Positions 1 through 6,050 of a stretch of 12,050 bases of DNA are shown in pieces. The DNA lies in NCBI GenBank assembly GCA_031372565.1, contig JANMLN010000092.1, forward strand, positions 1 to 12,050, in the 5' to 3' direction. The DNA comes from Gemmatimonadota bacterium. Lineage in GTDB: Bacteria > Gemmatimonadota > Gemmatimonadetes > Gemmatimonadales > Gemmatimonadaceae. The notes beneath the pieces are model-generated. The model saw nothing but the letters and a program-made list of their open reading frames with translations. It ran no database searches and was not told the origin of the DNA. How positions within the stretch are numbered: the stretch's first letter is position 1; each line of letters opens with the position of its first letter. The translations under genes were made by a program, and so were the position numbers.

Positions 1-1
1 C

Positions 2-160
2 TTCTCGACCAAGGTCGCCGGGGAAGGCACGGGACTCGGGCTCGCGACGTGTGACGGTATCGTGCGGCGGTCCGGCGGTCGCATCGAGGTGTCGACGGAG
101 CTGGGCAAGGGAACGCGTTTCGACGTGTTCTTGCCGCGGGCGCGCAGCAGCCAGGGGTAG
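2..160 (+). CDS. Sensor histidine kinase, C-terminal HATPase_c fragment (5' part lies outside the window)
   Basis: Not in the ORF track; translated by hand from position 2: [52 protein letters not shown], with TAG at 158-160. It shows the F-box (F-S/T-T-K), the G2 box GTGLGL and the terminal GGRIxVxS/T..GxGTxF motif of histidine kinase ATPase domains. Confidence 0.93.
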   Translation, partial: FSTKVAGEGTGLGLATCDGIVRRSGGRIEVSTELGKGTRFDVFLPRARSSQG

Positions 161-247
161 GCACCGAGGCGCTGGCGCGGCGCGCGTACACCGTGTGGCT
201 GCTCGACTAGCCTGCTGGCGCCGCTTCGCAGCACGCGTCACCCACGC

Positions 248-940
248 TCACGCGCCCGCTCGTGTCCGCTCGTACTCGGCCATCGCCTTGGCGAATCGCG
301 CCACCGTACCGGGGATCAGTGGTCGGTACAGGTAGCGCAGCAGCCAGCCCGGCGCTCCGCGTCCACGCTCCTCGAGCGCAACGCGGGCGCGCAGATGATC
401 CATGAAGCGGAACCCGGACACGCGGTATCCGCCTGCTTCGTTCCGGAACTCGATCGTGGACAAGTACTTGACCGATTTGTAGGCGTAGTGCGCGGGCGCG
501 ATCAGGCGCACTGGTGCGCCGTGCGCGACCGTCAGCGGCTGTCCGTCGAGCTCGGTGGCGAGCAACACGTCCGGGGCAAGCAGGTCGACCAGCAGCATGC
601 CGGTCCGCGCGCCGTCCTGGCCGCGCAGCGCGAGTAACGTCGCCTGTGCGTGCGGACGTGCCCTCGGCACGATCACCTGCTCGTGGAAGTCCACGAAGCG
701 GACGCCGCCCCAGCGCACCGATCGATGGGTCCAGGTCGTCACGCAGTGGACGTCACTGGTGATTTCAACCCGCGGCAAACCACGCAGGCTGTCGGACAGG
801 GTGAGTTCGTGTTCGACGTTGCCGATGATGCGGAGGTCGACGCGTGACGTGTCCGCGGGAAACCGGCGAGCGAACTGCGTGAGACCAAACCGCGGGAAGG
901 TGCCGCGGTCGTGTTGTCCGGGGGGCAGCGGAGGGCTCAT
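248..940 (-). CDS. Molybdopterin-dependent oxidoreductase (sulfite oxidase family, YuiH/MsrP-like Mo-binding domain), probably cytoplasmic
   Basis: 230 aa. N-terminal LPPGQ, DVHCVTTW carrying the Mo-ligating Cys, WGGV, and LDGQPLxxxHGAPVRLIAPAHYAYKSVKYLxxIE, all typical of Oxidored_molyb proteins. No twin-arginine signal is visible. Confidence 0.9.
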   Translation of the reverse strand: MSPPLPPGQHDRGTFPRFGLTQFARRFPADTSRVDLRIIGNVEHELTLSDSLRGLPRVEITSDVHCVTTWTHRSVRWGGVRFVDFHEQVIVPRARPHAQATLLALRGQDGARTGMLLVDLLAPDVLLATELDGQPLTVAHGAPVRLIAPAHYAYKSVKYLSTIEFRNEAGGYRVSGFRFMDHLRARVALEERGRGAPGWLLRYLYRPLIPGTVARFAKAMAEYERTRAGA

Positions 941-943
941 CGT

Positions 944-982
944 TCAGGCCGAGCGAGCGACGGCGTTGGCGAGCGCGGGCAT
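944..982 (-). other. Candidate 12-aa micro-ORF MPALANAVARSA* filling the KOW-oxidoreductase gap
   Basis: ATG at 982-980 starts 1 nt after the KOW stop (986-984). TGA at 946-944 lies 3 nt before, and in frame with, the oxidoreductase ATG at 940. Translation is unproven. Confidence 0.3.
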
Positions 983-983
983 G

Positions 984-1175
984 TCAGGCTGTGCGGCTCA
1001 CATTCCGGCCAAGCGTCTTGAATCGATCACCGTTCGCCTGCACGACCGTGATGGTCACGTGGCCCGTCTTGCTCCACCGAATGTCCTGGACGGCACCGGC
1101 CTTCCCCTTGTGCGTGCCGGCGATCACCGTGCACGGATCACCCGCATGCAGTGTCGTCGTCTCTCGGGTTGTCAT
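984..1175 (-). CDS. Small KOW-motif protein (putative RNA-binding, SH3-like fold), 63 aa
   Basis: C-terminal part of ORF 984..1475: MTTRETTTLHAGDPCTVIAGTHKGKAGAVQDIRWSKTGHVTITVVQANGDRFKTLGRNVSRTA. GDxxxVIAGxHKGKxGxV is a KOW motif. ATG at 1175 is preceded by an AGGGA SD-like sequence and overlaps the upstream mini-ORF stop (ATGA). Confidence 0.85.
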   Translation of the reverse strand: MTTRETTTLHAGDPCTVIAGTHKGKAGAVQDIRWSKTGHVTITVVQANGDRFKTLGRNVSRTA

Positions 1176-1228
1176 GGCGCCATCCCTGTGGATTCGACTC
1201 TCACCGTGATGTCCGGCAACTCCGGCAT
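1172..1228 (-). pseudogene. N-terminal remnant of an Fpg/Nei-family DNA glycosylase (MPELPDITVRVESTGMAP*), 18 aa
   Basis: ATG at 1228 lies 17 nt after the M16 stop. It begins with the MPELP(E/D) signature of Fpg/MutM/Nei enzymes (catalytic Pro2-Glu3), then ends at TGA 1174-1172. Confidence 0.65.
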
Positions 1229-1245
1229 GACGCGGCCGTTGTGCG

Positions 1246-2637
1246 TTAGAAGCGCGTCGCGGCCAACCGCGCGATCTTGGCCGGATCGCCCACATAGGCA
1301 AAGCGCACGTTCTTGAAGTAGGTGCGCGCCGCGCGCTGCACATCGAGCGGCGACACCTGACGCAACTTCTCGATGAACTGGTCCGCGGTGCGCCAATCGC
1401 CGACGAACAGCTGTGCGCGCGCCAGCTGGTTGGCCTGCTCGGCGTTGGTCTCGTTGGTACGATACCAGCGCACAAGGAACTGCTGGACCAGTTCGGCGAG
1501 TGCCTCGGGATTGAGCAGCTCGCGTTGCAGCACCTGGATTTCGCGGCGCATGACGTCGAGCGCGGTGTTGGGCGCGATCGTCGTGATGTAGAGCCCCGCG
1601 CTCGAGATGCCGCCCTCGCGAAAGGGTGCGTTCACGGCGTACGTGAGGTTGCGCCGCTGACGCAGTTCACCGTCGAGTTGCCCCGACAGTACCGACGCCG
1701 CGATGCGCAGCGCCTGATAGTCCTTCGACGTCGGCGGCGGGCCCGCGACATATCCCAGCAGATAGTTGGTCGGCAGCGTGCGCGCTTCGACGGTGAGCGC
1801 GGGCTTCATCGTCGGGAGCGTGTCGGGCAGCGTCCACACGTAGCTGCCACGCGGGAGCCTGGCGAGCGACCCCAGCACCAACCGCTCCACCTGCGCGCGC
1901 GTCACGTTTCCGACCACCACGAGCAACATGCGCGACGTCACCAACTGCTCCCGCTGGAACGCGCGCAGCTCGGCGCGGGTGATCCGTCCGATCGAGCGTT
2001 CGGTGCCCGACTCCGAACGCGCATACGGATGTCCCTCGTACGCGATGGAGTCGGCCAGGAAGTGCACGAGCGCGTCGGGATCATCCCGCCGTTGACGCAC
2101 CGCCGAGAGCAGTTGCGTGCGCACCCGCTCCACTTCCGTCGAATCGAGCAGGGGATCCATCAGGCGGTCGGCAAAGACAGCCCAGGTGGAGTCGAGCGTC
2201 GATCGGGTCGCCCGAATGCCCACCTCCGTCCAGTCCTGGTCCGCGTCGGCTCCGATGCTTGTGCCCAGGCGCGCCATCGCCTTTCGCAGCTTGTCCTTCG
2301 GATACTTCTTGGTGCCCTGCTCGCTCGCCAGGAACAGGAAGGGCTCGATCCCCGCCGTGGAATCGGTGGTCATGCGCACGCCGCCGAGCAGGTAGAGATT
2401 GGCGGCGATGACATCGTTGGCCGTGTTGCGGCGCAGGATCACACGCACACCGCCGACCGTGAAGTCGGTCGTGCCGGTATCAGCGGCACTGCTCGCGTCG
2501 GGGGTTTGCGTCTGCGCGGCGGGCGTTGCCGGCACCGCAGCCGATCGCGTCGGCCGTGGACGGGGCTGCGCCGATGCCGGCTCCGCGCCCACCAGCGTGA
2601 GGAGGCCAATCCCGATCACGGCATGTCTGGCGCTCAT
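1246..2637 (-). CDS. M16B (pitrilysin/insulinase family) peptidase, non-catalytic subunit, secreted
   Basis: 463 aa. Sec-type signal MSARHAVIGIGLLTLVGAEPASA-Q, then a Pro/Ala/Thr-rich linker. M16 fold motifs include HPYAR..GT and MLLVVVGNV. The HxxEH position reads GIEPFLFLASEQGT (no zinc ligands). The R/Y motif ELRQRRNLTY is present at 1668-1639. The ATG overlaps the upstream stop (ATGA, 2637-2634). Confidence 0.9.
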   Translation of the reverse strand: MSARHAVIGIGLLTLVGAEPASAQPRPRPTRSAAVPATPAAQTQTPDASSAADTGTTDFTVGGVRVILRRNTANDVIAANLYLLGGVRMTTDSTAGIEPFLFLASEQGTKKYPKDKLRKAMARLGTSIGADADQDWTEVGIRATRSTLDSTWAVFADRLMDPLLDSTEVERVRTQLLSAVRQRRDDPDALVHFLADSIAYEGHPYARSESGTERSIGRITRAELRAFQREQLVTSRMLLVVVGNVTRAQVERLVLGSLARLPRGSYVWTLPDTLPTMKPALTVEARTLPTNYLLGYVAGPPPTSKDYQALRIAASVLSGQLDGELRQRRNLTYAVNAPFREGGISSAGLYITTIAPNTALDVMRREIQVLQRELLNPEALAELVQQFLVRWYRTNETNAEQANQLARAQLFVGDWRTADQFIEKLRQVSPLDVQRAARTYFKNVRFAYVGDPAKIARLAATRF

Positions 2638-4064
2638 CGTCCCACCAACTGCACGAGTTCGGCGTCGGTCAGGCCCAGCGCCTTGCGGTCTTCGGGAGAG
2701 ATCAGGATGCTGATCACGCGCGGCTTGTTCACGATATAGAGGTCAGCGTATCGCTTGAGATCGGTGAGCGATTGCCGCGCCATGTTGTCGACGTAGCCCA
2801 TGAAGTAGTCGAGGCTGGCCACGGCCCACCAGAAGCCGATCGTGTGCGTGAGCTCGGACGCACGCTCAAGCCCGAACGCCGAGGAGACCGAGCGCTCCGC
2901 CTTCACTTCCTCGAGCGTTTCGCGCGGGATGTAGGTCACGTCGCCGAACCTGGTGAGTTCGCCCTTGAGCGCACGCAGCGCCGCCTTGAGTCGCTCCTTC
3001 GAGGTCTGCCCGCTGATCGAGATCGGACCGACATGGTTGAGCGTGTAGTAGTTGACGCCGATGCCATCCCACAGTCCGCTGTCCACCAGCTTCCGCTGCA
3101 GCGCCGACCCGGGCTGATTGAGCGCATCGCTGAACACGTCGGCCGCATAGGTCGACGCCGGATCCTGGCGCACACTGGGCCCATGCCACTGCACGAGCAC
3201 GGTGATGGCACTCACCGGCGTTTCAATGATGACGGTCGTGTCGCGCTCGATCTTCGGCATCGGCGGAATCGGCCAGGTCGTGAACGGATCGTCGCCGCGG
3301 CGCCAATCGCCCAATACCTCTTCGGCCAGCTTGAAGACGCGCTCGGCGTCCACGTCCCCGCTCACGATCAGCGCGGTGTTGTTGGGCACGTAATAGCGAT
3401 ACTGGATCTCGCGCATCTTCTGCGGCGTGGTGCCGCGGATCACGGCGCGCTCGCCGATCGTGTTCTTGCGCGGCCACTCGGCGCCCCAGATCACCCGCCC
3501 CGAGCGCTGCGTGAGCTGGAAGAACGGGTTGGACTCCTGCCGGTCATATTCGCCGATCACGACCTCGCGCTCGCGACCCAGTTCGTCGTCACGGAAGAGC
3601 GGCTCGCGCAACTGCGCCGCCATGAGGCGCAGCGCGCCATCCAGCGAGTCGGCGAGCGTGGTCAGGTAGTAGTTGACGCGCTCCTCCGAGGTCGTGCCGT
3701 TGAACTCGGCGCCGAGTTCGCCGGCACGACTGGAGAAGGCACCCGGGTCCGCGTACTGGCGACTGGCCTTGAAGAACATGTGCTCGTAGAGGTGCGGCAG
3801 CCCCGTGTAGTCCAGGGTCTGCGTGAACGAGCCGTTCTTGACGTCGATCTCGACGGTGGCGAGCGGCACGCCGCGGTTCTCGACGACGATGACCTCGAGG
3901 CCATTGGGCAGCACCTTCTGCCGGATCACGCGCGCGAGCTCGGCCCGCGACTGCGCCGCCAGCGGACCCGCCAGCGCCAACAGCGCCATGGCGAAGAGGA
4001 AGGCTCGACGCGCAACGCGGCCGACGCTGGCATTCGTGGCTACGGCTGACTTTCTTTCGGGCAC
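2634..4064 (-). CDS. M16B zinc peptidase, catalytic subunit, secreted
   Basis: Motifs LPNGLEV, inverted zincin HLYEH (3794-3780) within GLPHLYEHMFFK, NGTTSEERVNYY, EREVVIGE and YYVPNNTALIVSGD. Signal peptide RVARRAFLFAMALLALAGPLAA-Q. The start is uncertain (TTG 4079, GTG 4064 or ATG 3989); GTG 4064 was chosen because it keeps the basic n-region without overlapping murB. Confidence 0.92.
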   Translation of the reverse strand: MPERKSAVATNASVGRVARRAFLFAMALLALAGPLAAQSRAELARVIRQKVLPNGLEVIVVENRGVPLATVEIDVKNGSFTQTLDYTGLPHLYEHMFFKASRQYADPGAFSSRAGELGAEFNGTTSEERVNYYLTTLADSLDGALRLMAAQLREPLFRDDELGREREVVIGEYDRQESNPFFQLTQRSGRVIWGAEWPRKNTIGERAVIRGTTPQKMREIQYRYYVPNNTALIVSGDVDAERVFKLAEEVLGDWRRGDDPFTTWPIPPMPKIERDTTVIIETPVSAITVLVQWHGPSVRQDPASTYAADVFSDALNQPGSALQRKLVDSGLWDGIGVNYYTLNHVGPISISGQTSKERLKAALRALKGELTRFGDVTYIPRETLEEVKAERSVSSAFGLERASELTHTIGFWWAVASLDYFMGYVDNMARQSLTDLKRYADLYIVNKPRVISILISPEDRKALGLTDAELVQLVGR

Positions 4065-4066
4065 GT

Positions 4067-5020
4067 ATGGTCCTCGCAAGCGCTTCGGCCTCCGCCATCA
4101 ATCTCGTTGCATCCCAGCTCGATCCCTCGCGCCTTCGGCGCGACGAGCCGCTGGGTCCGTACACGACCTTCAAGATCGGCGGACCCGCCGATCTGTTCTA
4201 CCCCGCAGGTTCCGCCGCCGACCTGGCCCACGCGGTCATGACCGCGCGCCGTGCCGGCGTGCCCGTCTTCGTGCTCGGGCTTGGTGCAAACATCCTGGTG
4301 GGGGACCGGGGCTTTCGCGGCCTCGTCGTACGAAACGACGCGCGGGCCGTGACGTTCCACGAGGACGGTCGCGTCGACGCGGAGAGTGGGGCGATCGTCG
4401 GTGAACTGATCCACGCCGCCGTGGAGCGCGGGTGGTCGGGTTTGGAACACTACATCGGCATTCCGAGCACGGTAGGGGGCGCGGTCTGGCAGAATCTGCA
4501 CTTCCTGAGCCCGGCCCCGGAGCGCGAGCGGACGATGTTCATCGCCGAGGTCGTGGAGTCGGTCGAGGTCATGGGAGCCGACGGTACGCGACGCGTGGTC
4601 GATCGCGCGGGCATGAAGTTCGGGTACGACACGAGCATCCTGCACGGGGGGCTCGAGCTGGCCCTGGCCGTGCGTTTCCAGTTGGCGCCGGGTGACCGCG
4701 CCACGATGCACCGGATACTGCAGGAAAACCTGAGCTGGCGCGGCAGCCGCCATCCGTGGCTCGAGCATCATCCGAGCGCCGGATCGATCTTCAAGAAGAT
4801 CGAGGGGGTTGGGGCTGGACGACTCGTGGACCAGTGCGGGCTCAAGGGATTCGCGATCGGCGGGGCGCAGATCTCGCACATCCACGCGAACATCATGGTC
4901 AACCTGGGGGGAGCCACCGCGGCCGACGTGCGCGCGCTGATTGCGCATGCGCAGAGGGCCGTGGCGGACAAGTTCGACCAGCATCTCGAGACCGAGATCG
5001 GGCTGATCGGGGAGTTCTAG
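4067..5020 (+). CDS. murB: UDP-N-acetylenolpyruvoylglucosamine reductase (type II MurB, FAD-linked), with atypical motifs
   Basis: 317 aa. TTFKIGGPAD, LGLGANILV, SGLE..GIPSTVGGA, PSAGSIFK (catalytic Ser), AGRLVDQCGLKG, GGAQISxxHANxMVNxGGATAxDV and the terminal LETEI (catalytic Glu). Confidence 0.9.
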   Translation: MVLASASASAINLVASQLDPSRLRRDEPLGPYTTFKIGGPADLFYPAGSAADLAHAVMTARRAGVPVFVLGLGANILVGDRGFRGLVVRNDARAVTFHEDGRVDAESGAIVGELIHAAVERGWSGLEHYIGIPSTVGGAVWQNLHFLSPAPERERTMFIAEVVESVEVMGADGTRRVVDRAGMKFGYDTSILHGGLELALAVRFQLAPGDRATMHRILQENLSWRGSRHPWLEHHPSAGSIFKKIEGVGAGRLVDQCGLKGFAIGGAQISHIHANIMVNLGGATAADVRALIAHAQRAVADKFDQHLETEIGLIGEF

Positions 5021-5051
5021 GCGCTGTAGCTCGACGCGACGCGCCAGACGT

Positions 5052-6050
5052 TCATGCGCTGCCGGACTTCGCCTTCCGCTCGCCGACGAGCGACCACACC
5101 ACCGCTCCGCCGAGGATCCCCGCGATCAACAGCAGCAACCACTGGTTCACGCCGGTGCCGAACTGTTCCACCAGCCAGTCCGAGACGAGCATCTTCACCC
5201 CCACGATTCCGAGGATGATCGCCAGCGCCGTCTTGAGGTGCACGAACCGGTCGAGCGCGCCGGCCAGCGCGAAGTAGAGGGAGCGCAGCCCGAGAATCGC
5301 GAACACGTTGCTCGTGAAGACGAGAAACGGATCGGTCGTGATCGCGAAGATGGCCGGAATCGAGTCGAAGGCGAAGAGCAGGTCGGTTGTTTCCACGAGC
5401 AGCAGGCAGATCGCGAGCGGCGTCAGCATCCAGCGCCCGCTCTCGCGCACGAAGAAATCATGTCCGCGTTCGGTGCTCGTGACCGGCAACACGCGCCGGA
5501 AGAAGCGCACCATCGTGCTCTCGTCCGGCTCCTCGGCCGCATCGCCCTTGCTCAGCAGCATCTTGGCCGCCGTGTAGAGCAGGAAGAGGCCGAAGCCCCA
5601 CAGAATCCAGTGATAGCGCGCCACCAACTGCGCGCCGACCGCGATCAGCACGCCGCGCATGAGCAGGGCGCCGATGATCCCCCAGAAGAGCACGCGGTGC
5701 TGGTAGGTGGCCGGTACGCGCAGATGCTGGAAGATCAGCGCGATCACGAACACGTTGTCCGTCGACAGCGAGAGTTCGACGACGTATCCCGTGACGTACT
5801 TCACGAGTGCCAGGCGCCCGGTGTTGATGGCGCCGTCGATCGCGTCGGGCGTGGTGCCGAGGCCGAGCCACTGGTGGTCGTAGGCGAGGTACACGATGCC
5901 GCCAAAGGCAAGCGCGACCGCGGCAAACAGCGCCGTGTTGCGGAAGGCCTCTCGCACGGTGATCGTGTGATCACCCTTGTTCATGACCCCCAGGTCAAAC
6001 GCGAGCAGGCCACCGACCAGCACGAGGAAGGCGACCCAGGCGAGGATCAC
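5052..6050 (-). CDS. TerC/Alx (UPF0053-free, YkoY-like) family integral membrane metal-homeostasis protein
   Basis: Multiple hydrophobic helices. Family motifs TGYVVELSLSTDNVFV, YQHRVLFWGIIGALLMRG and VETTDLLFAFDSIPAIFAITTDPFLVFTSNVFAILGLRSLYF. GTG start at 6050 overlaps the ABC-F stop (GTGA) and has a purine-rich GGAAGGGCGGGAA upstream. Confidence 0.93.
   Translation of the reverse strand: MILAWVAFLVLVGGLLAFDLGVMNKGDHTITVREAFRNTALFAAVALAFGGIVYLAYDHQWLGLGTTPDAIDGAINTGRLALVKYVTGYVVELSLSTDNVFVIALIFQHLRVPATYQHRVLFWGIIGALLMRGVLIAVGAQLVARYHWILWGFGLFLLYTAAKMLLSKGDAAEEPDESTMVRFFRRVLPVTSTERGHDFFVRESGRWMLTPLAICLLLVETTDLLFAFDSIPAIFAITTDPFLVFTSNVFAILGLRSLYFALAGALDRFVHLKTALAIILGIVGVKMLVSDWLVEQFGTGVNQWLLLLIAGILGGAVVWSLVGERKAKSGSA

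Noticed and set aside
161..247. Intrinsic terminator between the convergent kinase and oxidoreductase genes
   Set aside because: Only short imperfect GC stems are present, with no U-tract on either strand.
248..940. Calling the oxidoreductase msrP/yedY
   Set aside because: There is no Tat signal and no neighbouring msrQ, so only family-level assignment is supported.
944..946. In-frame TGA upstream of the oxidoreductase as a selenocysteine codon
   Set aside because: It lies before the conserved domain, the Mo-ligand position is an ordinary Cys, and no convincing SECIS hairpin follows.
984..1175. Calling the KOW protein ribosomal protein L24 (rplX) or NusG
   Set aside because: It is only 63 aa, lacks the L24 C-terminal region and the NusG NGN domain, and is not in a ribosomal operon.
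1525..4049. 404-aa and 425-aa plus-strand ORFs (1525..2739 and 2772..4049)
   Set aside because: Both are antisense to the two well-supported M16 genes, with Arg/Gly/His-rich shadow composition.
5021..5051. Terminator between murB and TerC
   Set aside because: A weak interrupted GGCGC/GCGCC stem with no U-tract; not supportable.
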